Assembly (NCBI GenBank): GCA_964016885.1
Contig: OZ024740.1
Location: 159,898,001 to 159,962,000 of the forward strand
DNA from: Eledone cirrhosa
Lineage: Eukaryota
Direction: 5' to 3'
Length of the DNA stretch: 64,000 nt
Below, one piece after another: positions 1-14,039 of this stretch; position 1 is the stretch's first letter; each line of letters begins with the position of its first letter. Under the pieces are notes generated by a model that saw only the letters and a list, made by a program, of their open reading frames with translations, was not told the origin of the DNA and made no database searches. The translations under genes were made by a program, and so were the position numbers.

Positions 1-1140
1 CATTATTTACCATTTTTTCCCATTTGGTTCTGGCTCCTCTATACACTCTGATTTTATCTCTCTGATTGTAGCCAGAGAACTGCATACGGTGGATGAAGTG
101 TTGTATGTGTCTCTCTAGTTCTTCGGGGTTGCACATGCGGGACACATTTCTCATCACCCGTACCAAATCCGCAATCAGTATGTTGATTTTGGTATGGTCC
201 GAAACGGCCGAGTTTCGGTGGATCAGATGTTTGGAAGTCATGGGTTTGGCATAATGGGAATGGAGGATTTGTGTTTTGTTGTTAATGGTATCTAACCAGA
301 GCTCTGTGTCTAGTACAGGTAATCGATGGTTGGGGTGTTTACTTGGGTAGTCTATAGTAACTCTAATGCTCTGGTGGATGGAGTTTGCTATTTGCTGGAT
401 GCTTTCCATTGTGTTTTTCTCTAGTTCCTGACTGTTCTCTAGTGGGGGTGTCTTAACTACGATGTTTATATCATCAACGTAGCGGGAGTACATTGTCAGG
501 GTTAAGAGGTTTTCTAATTGTTCTTTAAGTTTAAGTTTAAGTCTACTTCCCACCATACCATGAATAAGTTAGCTATGTCGCCTGCAATGCTAACATCAAT
601 GGCTGCTCCTTCCTCTTGGGCATATGTTTTTCCATTAAATTTGAACATATGTTCCTTAAGGGTTAGTTTTATGCTGGCCCCTACCGCATGTGTAATCATT
701 TTCTTCAGTTCATCGTGGTTTTCGGGTGTCCGTATGGCTCTGGTCCACCCGTTCCATCTATCTGTGTGGGTTTTCTTGGCCATTGAGGTAATGGTAGGTG
801 GTCTGCCTCTTGCTGGTCTTGTAGGGCACAGGTTGCTAAGGTCATATGTGTCTAGGTAATTATTACTATAGGTAAGCTTAAGTAGGAGTCCCAGCTCACT
901 GGTATCAATCCCACGGAACTCAACCTTGCTCTCACTGATCATTTCCACGCTTTTCTCCACAGCAAAATCCACGTCAATAGATGTATACAGGGACACAACA
1001 TCCATACTGCCTATTATGCAGTTTGTTAGGTCCCTAGATCGGTTACCCACGCCAATTCTGCTGAGGAGGTCCTCCGTGCTGTCACATACATCTGGGGACA
1101 TTTCAATGATGGGGCGTCTGATCAGGGAGAGGAAGTAGTA
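1..1140 (-). mobile_element. Penelope-like element, RT fragment (5'-truncated, frameshifted, runs off left edge)
   Basis: ORF 514-1143 (IGSMDVVSLY, EGAAIDVSIAGDIANLFMVWWE) is closely similar to the 48997-52485 PLE protein. After a frameshift near 515-535 the reading continues (YSRYVDDIN, RLPVLDTELW, HYAKPM, GYNQRDKIRVY) to base 1. Confidence 0.92.
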
Positions 1141-1885
1141 CATTATTTCTCACTTCTCCATATTCATTTTCATTACTTTTTCACCAATTTTTCATTTATT
1201 CTTTATTCTTTATTCTTTATTCTCTATTTATTTATTTATTTTCAAATTATACAAATAATATTAATTATTTTATTATATTATTTATTTATTTTCTGTTTTC
1301 TTCATTTATTGCCTTATATTACTTCATATACATGGAAGAACCCCCACCCCCACCCCACCACCACCACCACTACGATGGTGGCAGGAGGGATGAAGAAAAA
1401 ACACAAACTGGATACTTCTAAATTGTTAGCAGCAGCAAGTTATAAGCTGACCACTACACCAACAACACTACCAAAATAATGGTAGAGGTCAAATGTACTG
1501 AACAATAGCAGGCAGAAACACTATAGGGAGCCTCACCCCAGAAAGAATTCTATAGACTTCTGACTGAGGAATGCTCTCAGAACTGACCAATGGGAAGTTT
1601 GACACTTTTTTTGTTATTTTGTTCCTTTAACACCTTGTCCCTTCTACCATTTTATCAATTTTTAAGCTAACTCCAACAATAACAACACTTAGATTGAGGA
1701 ATGTTCTAATAACTGACCAATGAGAGGAGAAGAGGACCTTTGACACTGAAATTAGTTTGTTTGAATTCATATGACTCCAGTTCCTCAGTGAATTAACAAC
1801 GCAACAAGGAACTGGGCATATCAGAGTATTGACAATATTATACACCTAAACAACATATGTACTTGTCTATACCATACTAATTCAA

Positions 1886-1940
1886 ACTGCCTGAAGAGGT
1901 CACAGCCAAAGATGGCTGTCACTGAAATATATATAGCAGT
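1886..1940 (+). ncRNA. Minimal type-I hammerhead ribozyme motif (family 1)
   Basis: ACTGC-CTGAAGA-GGTCACAGCC-AAAGAT-GGCTGTCACT-GAAA-TATATA-TA-GCAGT: stem I, core, stem II, palindromic stem III and UA cleavage site, followed by AATAAA. Confidence 0.85.
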
Positions 1941-2106
1941 AATAAACGAAGCTAAATTTTAATCATTTGACTTTTATTTAACTTTATTTTATATATATAT
2001 GTATATATATATATATCTATATATATGTATATATATATATGTATATATATATATGTATATATGTATATATATATATTTATATATATATATTTATATATAT
2101 ATATAT

Positions 2107-2460
2107 ATAAAACTGACACTTCTACTATCAAATTTCCCTGAACATCTACTACATATGAAGTGTTGTTTTCCTGCTAGTTTGCCTGCTATCCCACTACACT
2201 TCTTGTGAAACCAAGATATGTGTTGTGTACATTCTATATAGTTTATGCCAACTCCTTTTCTACATACCATGGCCATTTCCCTGATGGAATCAGTCTTGTC
2301 CTCTTTCCTACTTATCAATACTTTAGTCATTGCTAGGTTCACTCTCAGTCCCCTTCACTCCAACTACTGTTTCCACAGCTGGAATTTATTCCCTTACTCC
2401 ACTACTGATACTACTATACATACTAGATTTTTTGCATAGCGAAATAGCCATGGACAGCCA
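2107..2460 (-). mobile_element. Degenerate RTE LINE fragment (PHD-finger region)
   Basis: ORF 2091-2342 (NLAMTKVLISRKE..CRKGVGINYIECTQ..WFHKKCSGI..FICSRC) is homologous to the 14284-17403 protein. Confidence 0.8.
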
Positions 2461-2519
2461 GTCTTAAACTACACACACATACACACACACCACCACCACC
2501 ACACCACACCACCCACACA

Positions 2520-2594
<75 letters not shown>

Positions 2595-3062
2595 ATGTGA
2601 GTGTGTACATATGTATATGAATATATGCATTTGCTCTCCTCTATTTCTTTCCCTCTCACTCAAATATCCAAACAACCAACACTTTCCATTCATCCTTTCA
2701 AAAGCTACCAATTTGATGTGTTGGCTAGCAAAACAACATGGAGTAGGCTTAAAAAGTATTCACTCTAGTTAGGATTTGTTTACTTATTTCTGTGTTTCTA
2801 GGTTTTTACTGCATTATGAGATTAGAACATGTTTGTATGTTTGTATGTAGGTTCTCCTGGTTTCATTATTTTATAAATATTTACCAAGAGAGAGAGAGCC
2901 AGTTTCTGACATAAACATAAGACTCTTTTAGTGGAAGTTAGACAACATCAATTTGGTAAATATGTATGTGTATGTATGTATGCTTATGTGTGTGTTGGGG
3001 TGTGAATATATTTATATGTATAAATATATGTATATATATTTGTATACGCCCCCCCCCCCCCC

Positions 3063-3111
<49 letters not shown>

Positions 3112-3124
3112 TGCCTACATGAAG

Positions 3125-3560
3125 ATGAGTTACTGGGTGAGGCTGAAAGAACTAAAACTTTTCTTCATTAAAGGAAGACAGATACATAGTGATATATATA
3201 TATGGAAGATTTTGGAAGGACTAGCATCAAAGTTTGGCATTAAGAGCTGGACCAACCTACGAACAGGATGCCACTGTGTAGTGCCAAATGTCCCATCATT
3301 CATATCCAGAGTAAGGACTAGATACTGCAATAGTCTGGAGTTCAAGTTCTTTACTAAACTGCTAAAGCCTCTGAAAAATCTATAGGAATGGATGTAACTG
3401 TTTTCAAGAAACATCTTGACATTCTGTGCACCTAGATCTCACCAGCACAAAATGAAATGCATATAAGGCTGACAGCACCACATTCCTTTTCCTATTGATA
3501 GTCAAACAAAGAAGGCTGGCTTTAGAAAGCATAGCCACAATAGTGGTGCCCCAGCATCGC
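3125..3560 (+). mobile_element. Degenerate CR1/L2-group LINE 3' fragment
   Basis: IYIWKILEGL..FGI...N.RTG.HC.VP...RTRYCNSL resembles the C-terminus of CR1/L2-group ORF2. Confidence 0.5.
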
Positions 3561-3764
3561 TTCAGCCAGTAGTCTGAAACAGGTAAAAGATTGATTTATA
3601 TTTACACCATTCTCTTTAGCAGAGAAAGCAGATGTTAAAATGACAATGTAGATGATATATATGTGTGTATATATATACAAATTTAACATAGAAATGGCTT
3701 CTACAGGACTAGAACTGTTTCACATACACATATATATATCATCATACACATATATATACCTCAC

Positions 3765-5594
3765 TGTGGAGGTGATGAGGGAAGAGCTCTGTATCGCTTA
3801 CACTGGGGTCAGAGAGGAGGCACTGATAGAGAAGATCAGAAGTGTGGAGAGAGCAGTTGACAGATCTGGATGTAAGGAGAGCTGGATGATCATCAACGAG
3901 ATCACGGAGAGGAATAGAAGGTGTTCGAGTCAGATCCAGGGAACGGGGCCCGAGGATAGGAGGAGGAAATGGCTAGACCATTTTAGGACCCTACTAGGAG
4001 AGCCACCCTCCACAGCCCAGAGCACTGGGGAGATCAGGCGGCTGTTTGAGGAACTGGATGTTGAGACAGAGCCCTTCACCAGAGAGGAGCTTCAGAGAGC
4101 CAGGAAGAGGATCAAGGAGGGCAAGGCTCATGGAGAAGATGGAGTGGCATCAGAGGTGATGAAGAGGTGTGATTTTGATGATATCATCCTGGGGTTCTGT
4201 AACGGGGCACTGGAGAAAGGAGTTGCCCCGAATCAGTGGAGGATCAGTAACATCGTCCCAGTGCCAAAGATCTCTCTAACACCAACAACTACCGGGGGAT
4301 CTCACTGACGTCACTTGTGGAAAAGACCCTAAACAGGATGATTCTTAACAGGATCACAGCCTGAGATTGAGAAGAAGCTCAGGGACAACCAGAACGGCTT
4401 CAGAGAGGGTAGATCAACCACCAGTCACATCCTGATGCTGAGAAGAATATTAGAGGGAGCTAGAGCAAAGTGCCTTCCTGCGGTCATGGTTTTCATTGAC
4501 TTTAGGAAGGCCTTTGATTCTGTGGACCGTTACTGCCTGATGAAGATCTTACAGGCTTATGGAATCCCCAAGAAGATAGTGGACCTAATATCACTGCTCT
4601 ACACCAACACCAAAGCCCAAGTCATTACACCTGATGGGATGACAGAGTTCTTTGAGATACTGGCTGGAGTGCTCCAGGGAGATACATTGGCTCCCTACCT
4701 TTTTATCATCGTAGTGGCTATTGTATGCGCCTTGCACTGGAGAAACCCCAGGACTCTGGCTTTACTGTAGTATCGGCTCAGAGCAGGAGAGTTAGGGCGA
4801 AAAAGGTATCGGATGCTGAATTTGCCGACGACATAGTTTTGGTGACAAATACAGTGAGGGAGGCAGAGGATTTGATGCGGGAGGTTGAGACTGTGTCGAT
4901 GAGTGTGGGGCTGAGAATGAATGAGACTAAAACAAAATATCTGGTGGAGAATGTTGAGAAGCCAGAGAGGATCACTAATGTAGGCGGGAAGCCGCTGGAA
5001 TTGGTTGAGGACTTCCTGTATTTGGGAGCAAAGATTGGGAATACAGAGGATGATGTGGTTGGGAGGAAGAGCAAGACCTGGGCGGCGTGCCACAGCTTGA
5101 GATCGGTGTGGAAGTCGGACCTTCGTAGAGACCTGAAAATCCGCCTCTTCATTGCTGTGGTGGAATCTGTGCTGCTGTGTGGGTCTGAGACTTGGACACT
5201 GACCAAGAAACTCACTCAGATGGTGGATGGGTGCTACACGAGAATGTTGAGGATGGCTCTGAACATTAATCAGTATACACTGAGGATGAAAAACTCAGAG
5301 CTGTATGGGAGCATCCCAAAAGTGAGCTCAAAAGTGACACAGAGGAGACTGAGGTTGGCTGGACATGCTCACCGACATCCAGAGTTGACATTGCACTCAG
5401 TGCTCCTTTGGGAGCCCCTACATGGACACACTAGAAGAGGAAGACAAAGGTTAACGTATGTTGATGCCCTAAGGACAGACACTGGTCTGTTGGAGATGCA
5501 GGACATGGCAGCGATAATGGGGGACAGAGACCGCTGGAGAGAACTAGTCCATGGATCTCGGGAATTTTACCCGCCTTAGATAGATAGATAGATA
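3765..5594 (+). mobile_element. 5'-truncated, frameshifted non-LTR retrotransposon (RTE group, RTE-X-like) with (TAGA)n tail
   Basis: ORFs 3652-4308, 4435-4770 and 4725-5579 carry successive RT motifs (NQNGFR, FIDFRKAFDSV, GVLQGDTLAPYLF, FADD, GSETWTL). The stop codon runs into tagatagataga. Confidence 0.9.
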
Positions 5595-5641
5595 TCATCA
5601 TTACAGTGTGTGTGTGTGGTAGGAGGTGTCTATAAGAGAGA

Positions 5642-5673
<32 letters not shown>

Positions 5674-6015
5674 TATTTAATTTAATGTCATCAATTTAAT
5701 CTTGTATTTACAAACAATAGGATTTAGCAGAATTTTTATATTACATTGGTGGTTTATGATTATACATATATATAAATGTGTGTGTGTGGGTGTCTGATTG
5801 TGCATATATATATGGTTATATATATATATACTCTATGGTTATTTATTTATGTTAAGCAGGACTAGGAAAGTATTATATGCAGCTGACTTTAGCTGCAACA
5901 TGCCATCAAATATGAAAACACATGGTAAACTTTTATATCTGAATAATTTATGTACATATTTTGTTCATATATAATTTGAATTTGTTAGATTTGTAATAAT
6001 TATTTACATTATATA

Positions 6016-6051
<36 letters not shown>

Positions 6052-6150
6052 TTATCTATTTATTCACACATGCATAAATGTGTGTGTGTTTATGTATATG
6101 AAAGGAAAAATGGTTGTGTGACTGCTCAACCCATTTCCCTTTGTGTGTGT

Positions 6151-6459
6151 ATCATCATCATCATCATCATTTTACGTCCGCTTTTTCCCTGCTTGCAAGG
6201 GTGGGACGGGAACTGATTCTGGCTTGATTTCTACAGCTGGATGCCCTTCCTAACACCAACCTCATTTACAGTGAGTGCTGGGTGCATTTTTGCTGTGGCA
6301 CCTCCACGACCACTTTGCAGTGGAATGATATGGACCCCAGTCCCTATCATCTCATTTCTACAGCTGAGTAAACTGGAGCAATGTGAAATAAAGTGTCTTG
6401 CTCAAGGAAACAACACATCACCCGGCCAATGCTCTAACCACTAACCACTAACCCACGTG
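6151..6459 (-). mobile_element. tRNA-derived SINE (family A) with RTE-derived tail; head partly deleted
   Basis: Near-identical to the copies at 27295, 33318, 48129 and 60391; (GAT)n tail. Confidence 0.9.
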
Positions 6460-7722
6460 TATATATATATATATATATACACACACACTCGCACACATCA
6501 ATTCATCTGTCCACCTATATTCTTCTCTATGTATGTTTAAGGGAGAAATTAATCTGATTTACTTTCACTCTCATATTATTTTCTGATGAAATATTATATT
6601 TTTCTCACAGTGCATGTGAAAGCTCTCTATCTTCATCACGGCATTACTTGATTGTAATGAATGTATCAAACCACAATATATGATAATGGTATTTGTTTGT
6701 GCTTCTCCTGATTTTTCTTTTCCTGGAAATTGCAACAGTAATGAAGAATTCTGGAAGCTGCAACAAAACCAATCCATCTAAAAGACCAGAATTTCCAATT
6801 AAATACCTGCACGAAGTTTAAGTTGTCTAGGGAAGTCATGATTCCTTATAAAGTTGGCAGAGAATGCATATGGATTTCTTTAGTCGGAGCAAAGGCAATC
6901 AGTCCTGGAGAGATGTAACTCTGGATGAAATTTGCAAAGTATAGAGGGGCTACTTTAGTTACAACAGATAACACTTGGCATACTAGTAGCCTGGTAAACA
7001 TACCTAATCCATGCTATATCGGTATTGTTAATAAGGACTTCCAATCAGTAAAGCCATGCTAAACTTATGACGGTTGCAGTGCTTTGAAATTAGTGAATTT
7101 GAAAACGTCTCCAAAATTTGTTGTCCTTCATGTCAATGAAAAAACCCCATCTATATATAGAGCATGGTCAGACTTTTCTATGACATAGATGTTGGTTTTG
7201 TCTTAATCTCAAATAAAACTGGTTCAAATAGGCCTTGGATTAATAGTTTTTAAACCATGACCAATCCGTTTTTTGTATATTTAAGACTATGTTGTCCAAA
7301 GTGTCTTTCTTCCCTTATGATGGTAAGGTGTGGTTTCAGGGTAATTTAGTTATTTATAGCAGGTTAATGTATAACTAAAGGCTTGCTCATTGCCTGGTAG
7401 AAGTTCCATAAAAACAAACAGAAATAACTCATTTGTAAATATCAGTGTCTTTATTTCTATATTTACACAGCTTTAGTTAAATTTTATATTTTCTCTGTAC
7501 ATATATGTATTAAGCATATATTTCAGCTGCTTAGTACACAATTTCGTATATGCCTGATTGAATATGTTGCAAAATATTTTAAGACTTAATACTGAACAAA
7601 AGCCACATTGTTATACATTCTACTGTATGCCTTACCTTTTTGTCTTTGACACAGAAAGTAATTTATATAGGAAATAGTCTGATGTAAAATTGTATCTATC
7701 CATAATAATGGTGGTGATTGTC

Positions 7723-7753
<31 letters not shown>

Positions 7754-9615
7754 AGGTGGTAGTGGAATGATAGAGAAGGTGAAGGTTGTGGTGCGTGAGG
7801 TGTAGGTAGTGATAGTGATGGTGTTTCTTAAAATGACATTACATTAAACCACAACAGAATTATCTTTCTTATATCCTAACAGGATATAAAAATAAAGCAT
7901 AAGTCTCGCTTGGAAAGACATGATGAAATACATGATGAAATACATATATATATATATATATAGTAGTGAAATGATAACTTGTTATCCCATATATATATAT
8001 ATATATATATATATAAGTACCAGTATAACCATGTGGTCAAGGAGTTTGCTTCACAACCAAATGGTTTCAGATGTGACATTTTGGGCAAGTGTCTTGTACG
8101 ATAGCTTCCAGTTGACCAATGTTTTACAAGTGGAATTTGGTAAATGGAAACTACAGAAGCCTGTTGTGTGTGTGTTTGTGTGTGCACATGTGCATATTTA
8201 CATTTATGCTTGTATATGTGCTTATACCTGACAACCTAGTTGTTAACAAAAGCAATAAAATAAGTATCAGACTTGAAAATATAAGCCTGATGTAGATATT
8301 GACTAAATTCCATGTAGCTAAACTTCATATTTATTTTATTTCTTTATTTATTCAATATAAACGTCCGCATAGAGCTAGTAAGCCATGACAGACTTGGGGA
8401 TATATCTAGTACTCCTTACAGTTGGTAATCAAAGAGCTAGTGAGTAATTTTAAAAAATTAATTAAAGAAGGGAAAAAAATAAAATAAAATGAAATAAAAT
8501 AAAAATATGCAAGAGCCTGATTTTTATCCCCTTTTACCCCTTGCGATACTATTCCTCCTGAAAACATTGATTTTATGATACAAAACTGCACATTTTAAAA
8601 CGTTTGTACATATATTAAAATGCTCCATAATAATTTTATTTAAGAAATCTTTTTAAAGTTATGTTCCAAATGTCAATTAGTTATTTTATTAAATCCATCT
8701 ATTCTCTGGTACTATTATGAGTTCAGCTCATTTAGAAAATGACAATGCAAAGATCCTAGGGAATATTTAGCAAACAAATTACTCACCTGCTGTTATTCAA
8801 AGCAAAAGTTTATAACTTTCCAAGTATTACAATAGCATCTTTATAACTGACAGCACTCACTATGTGAATAATAATATGAAAAGGCCACAGGTGGCCAGGA
8901 AGCTTTGCTATTAAGCAGACTAATTTATTGAATTGTCATGATGAAAATATGCCCATCAATCCATTTGTAATGAGTACAACTTAATTGAAATATAATCAGC
9001 TATATATGAAAAGACACATTAATAAGTTGCATATAAAATATTGGCATAGGAAGAAAGATTGTTCCGGAATTATTATTATTTCCATTATTATTTTTTATTG
9101 CACATCATTACTGCTTTACTGAGCACAGCTCTGTGCACCTTGGGTATGAGAAGTGTTGTTTTTACTGATGTTGTTTCTATTCTATTAGATAGTACTTTTC
9201 ATAATATGTGGTCTTTTACTATAATATCTGATTGGTTGGTTTTGATCAACAATAATATTATTGTTATTATTACTAAATATGAGTGATGGCATCTTCTTTC
9301 TGTTACACAGACACACTCTCTCTTTCTCTAAACAAAGGACGTTCCTTTTCTATATCTATGTACATCTCCTTTGCTTGGCACTCCCCATCTCTCTATACAG
9401 ATGAGTCATAACTTTCTGTCTATCTACCACATTCATTTTTCTCTCTCTCTATATATATATATACATTGCCTCCTTACCAACCACCAACTTCCCTACTAAT
9501 ACCCTCATAATTTTAAGCCTTTAATTAACACCCTGCCCAATACTCCCTCTATAAAAGTGCTCAAATTTAAATTTAAACCTTAGACTGAAATCTCATTATT
9601 ACGCACCAAATAATT

Positions 9616-9802
9616 GTTTCTACTTTTGGCACAAGGCCACCAATTATGCCAGTTTATTACTGGTGCTTTATTTTATCGATCCCATATGGATGAAAGGTAA
9701 AGTTAACCTCAACGTCATTTGAACTCAGACCATAAAGGGCCGAAACTCTTTGCTGCAAACCATGGCATCAGACCCTCTACTGATACTGCCAATCCACCTA
9801 CT
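9616..9802 (-). mobile_element. tRNA-derived SINE (family B) with 12-bp target-site duplication
   Basis: B-box-like GAGTTCAAAT on the minus strand; core shared with 30866-31015 and 43937-44047; CACCAAATAATT at 9604-9615 and 9803-9814. Confidence 0.75.
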
Positions 9803-10202
9803 CACCAAATAATTTTAGGTTTCAGCAGTTGAATATTTAAGTTGAAAGTTAGTTATTTCACTAAACTCCTCATAATTGTTGATTATGTTCATAATTAAAA
9901 CACAAATGCAGTATATATTAATTGTTAGAAATGTGGTCATGAAAGGGTGAAAAGTTACTGCTGTTCTCAGTATATCATACATATGTTTATCTGCGTGACT
10001 GTATAATGTTTCTTATTTCTCTTGCCTCTGACCACTATCACAACCTTCAGCTTTTTCTTTTGTGTACTCCACTTCACCCAGTATCATCACCATTTAAAGG
10101 CCTAACAGGTTTTCATAGCCTGAGTAAATACTGAAAGAGAGCTAGTAACCTTTCAAACAGGCCAGGGGTTCACATCTGGCCTTCATATGATTCCACATTC
10201 TA

Positions 10203-10632
10203 CCGAGTGCATTTTATCATGGCACCATTACTAGAGAAGTTGTCATGTCCTTGACACAACTGAAGGGTCCCTCCAACCCTTTGTTTGGCAAGCTTTATAT
10301 GGCTAGTTGTTCTTCATATCACCAACTACTGCACAGTGTAAACTGGGTGCATTTATCAGGTAGATCACCAACAATAAGGATGTTTTCTTCTTATCCTTGA
10401 CACAACTGAATGGTTTGCCTGGATGATCTTCCTATCAACAACCACTTTACTGGGGGGATTTATCATTGTAGATCACCAACACTTGAGAGGTTGTCATACT
10501 ATTGACACAATTGAGGGGTCCACTGAACCTTTTTAGGCATGGTTTCTCAGGCAGAGGGACCTTTCTATCATGAACCATCTTGTGGGGTGTATCAATTGCA
10601 TTTTTGTGGTACCTTCACTAGAGAGGTTGTTG
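10203..10632. repeat. Degenerate tandem repeat (about 3 units of 110-150 bp) related to RTE 3'UTR motifs
   Basis: Recurring TTGACACAA(C/T)TGA, GTAGATCACCAACA and AGAG(A/G)GTTGT; CTGGATGATCTTCCTATCAACAACCACTTTAC resembles the reverse complement of the RTE tail. Confidence 0.55.
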
Positions 10633-12986
10633 GTGTATCCCTTTTCTTTACAGCTTATATTTGTTCAAAAGGTTACATCTACATGTAAGTACAAAGCATA
10701 TTAGCTCTTAACATCCTGTAATAATTTAGCAGAAAATGTCTAAAAAACAAGTAACTTAATTAAAATGTTTATAATATCTCTATTATTCAACAGAAATTTG
10801 TGAAAATTTGTAATGTCAGAGTAAAAACTTGAATTTTTTTAGGTGCTGCAGTGATAACACTATTTAAGATTTTTCAAGAAATATTTGCTAATGTGGCTTC
10901 ATGTTGTGTAGGATGTTAAGTGTTAATATTATAGATGATTTGTACTTTAGAGAGATATGGTTGACCTAGCAGGTCAAGCAAACACATAAAGAGCTTTTAT
11001 GTTGGTTACCATGATAGCAGTTTACTTAGGGAGTAATTCTTCTACATAGTGATTGTTATGATAAATATAACTACATAATTATATTTCATGAAGATCTGTC
11101 TATATCTTTGATATTTTCTGTGCAATTATATGAAGATTATCTGACTGAACAGATTATAAACAAAATGTACTTTACATTTGTTGGGTTCAATTAATTTAAC
11201 ACTTTTGTTATTATATCCCTAATAAAGAAAATTACCAATGATTTTCAAATAATTATGAAAATAATAAGAGACCTGAGGCGAATTAGACACAACAGAAGCA
11301 GTCATGCACCATCATCCTTTGCACAGGTTAACAAGGAACACACTTGTTCAAAAAATATTTTGCAGTCATCTCATGCTGTAAAAATTGACGATCAGCCTGC
11401 AACCTGGCCTGGGAGGTGTGGGATGGACACACAAAGATTGTGTATCCCAAGGTCACAAAGAGTTTTGAAGGGGAGCAAACTGTAAAAATTGGATAAAGTG
11501 TTTAAATAACTAAAAGTGTTTATATTTATCTAAACACTTTCCAACATAACTTTATGAAGGAACGTTTATGTTCAAAACACCAGCTTAATAATGAGAAAGT
11601 TAATTATCATGTTAAATACCTCCAAAGATGCTTATTTTTCAAATTATATGAAGATTATAAACAAACTTTCATTAAATATATGGTGTTGAAAGGGTTGAAA
11701 TACAAATATAGAGAACAGCTGATAAGTGTTCAGCCATGTTGATGTTTTCTTTCTTCTTTGTTATTCAAATATTGAACATATATAAGCAACTAAAAACAGT
11801 ACTCACTACACAAAGTAGGGTTCATTGAATATTCAATTGTCTTTTGTGGTTAGGAAAATGGAAAAGGAAGGCAAAGGCTCTAATGTCAAAGAAGAATGGG
11901 AAGCGTGATGGGCTCTGGGCCTAGGGTGTGGCAGTATTGCGGCTGCACCCAGTGGCCTTCTTGAAAGAGTTATTCTTATCTGAATTAACAGGGTAACAGG
12001 GTAATTAAAAAGTATAAAATACAGATCAGTAAGTCCAAGATTGTAGATGGAAAACAAATTTCCATTTTAACTCTTAACTTCCTGTAACAGTAGTGCTATG
12101 AAGGTGCATGACTTACTGGTTAGGGTTTCTGGATCATGACTGTAAGGTAAGCTTGGGAGTTTGACTTCTGGTGCATTGTGTCATTTGTTGTTCATATTAC
12201 ACCACTTCTTTCAGCTGGTAAAAGAGAGATGTACCTGTAATTCAAAGGTTCAGACTTGTCACACATCCTGAATCTCCCTGATAACTATGTTAAAGATGTA
12301 CTTCTCTGTGGAATGCTTAACTACTTGCACATTAATTTTACAAGCAGACAGTTCCATTGATTGAATCAATTGGACCACCCATCATTGAAAATGACAGAGG
12401 TCTGACAACAAGCCATAGTGTTGTTTTATAATTTTCAAGAATTTTTGGCTAATGCGATTTCATTTGGTACAGGATGATAACATTACTGCAAGCATTTTTC
12501 TCACCAACAGATTGTTATTAATTATAATTGAAAAAAAGAAAAGGTAAAAGAAAATATTTACAAATCCTGAATCAGTGAATTTATATTCTGTGGGTCAATT
12601 TAGCAAAAGTTAGGATCTCTTAACTCAAGTCATGTAAACAAATTCTCATTTCACAAAAGCTATCTTTTGTTTTTCTTTTTCTGTTTATACTTACTATTAT
12701 TCGAAACACAGTTGCAAGTAATTGTGCAGAGACTAAGTAGATAGCCTAAGTGTGCATTACTGACATAAAATACTGTGAGAGGTTAAACAGTGACTGAGAA
12801 TACTTGGGAATATAATTTATGTTACACTCAAGAAGCCATTAAGTATTATGCATTGTTTTCAACTACAATGCCATATAGCCCTATAAATAACACATCTTTA
12901 GGCATGTATGTGTGTATATATGTATTTGTATGTGCATGCAGGAATGTATATATGTGTTGGCGTGTATAGGTATGTATGTATGTATG

Positions 12987-13017
<31 letters not shown>

Positions 13018-13269
13018 GTGTGTGTGTCTGTATGTAAGTATGTACTTTTGATTTTCTCTTTAACTTCTCACCAATAGACATAGAGCTGGTTTTTAACCCA
13101 GAAACATGACTCTTATTGGTATTTAGACAACACCAACTAAGTAATTATGTCTGTCTGCTGCATGTGTGTATGCAGGTATGGATGCCATTGTATGTGTGGA
13201 TCTGTATACTTTGTATGATATGTGCACATTACATATGTTTCTATAGCTATACATGGGTATATGCAATTA

Positions 13270-13900
13270 TCATATGCTACACTCTTGGTATATTTCACAT
13301 ATTTTTACACTTCCATTAATGAACTCTACTTCTAATTTTCTACATAGCCATTTTCTTTCTGGTTTTGTGAAACCCAACTTCTCAAGATTTCTACTTAGGC
13401 AGTTAGTAACATATTCAAATTCCTCAATGATCACAAGCATGATTCTAAACATTATAATCTGCAGTTTCTTCATTAGCTCAGCATAAATATTCTCCTTTGC
13501 ACTAATATTTAACATCATATTAACTGTTGGAATGCTGATTTCCACTGCTGTGCACATTTCTTTTCTCTGTCTCATATTATTATGACTTGTCTGTTTTTCA
13601 ACCAGTACTCTTTCATATTATATATGGGCATGTCTTCCACATTGCTGTAACTTTTATATTTTTAATCCTTGTGACAATCTTTTCTATGGATTGCATTATA
13701 TAATGATTTGTCCACTACATCATGTCTCATAGGTAGATGTTAACATGATAACATAGCTGCTTATGTTGGGAGTGACAGCCTCAAAGTTTATTTCACAGAG
13801 GTTGCATCTGTTATATCAATGTGCTTTACCTGCATCTCTATTCCTTTTGTGAATTGGTTTCTTGTTTCTGGATTTTAAAACAATATCTTTCGAAGTAAAA
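13270..13900 (-). mobile_element. Highly degenerate RLE-endonuclease LINE (R4/NeSL-like) C-terminal relic
   Basis: ORF 13270-13575 (VEISIP..N....KENIYAEL...L.KLGF....INGSVKIC) resembles the end of a restriction-like endonuclease domain. The upstream boundary is approximate. Confidence 0.45.
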
Positions 13901-14039
13901 TCTAATATAATGGTTTGTGGTCCCTAACAAACTACTTTTGGTATTTACATTACTGCATGTATGCATATGTGTGTCTGTGTGTATGTATGTATGTTTTTAT
14001 GTATAAATGTTTATATACACTATATATGTTTTTTCTTTC

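Noticed and set aside
8781-8870. Possible host exon with strong minus-strand CAG|GTGAGT donor
   Set aside because: The frame checked from the nearest plausible acceptor hits a stop and no protein is recognisable; cannot be supported without RNA-seq.
11860-12005. GC-richer island after a possible splice acceptor
   Set aside because: All three frames stop within about 25 codons and nothing is recognisable.
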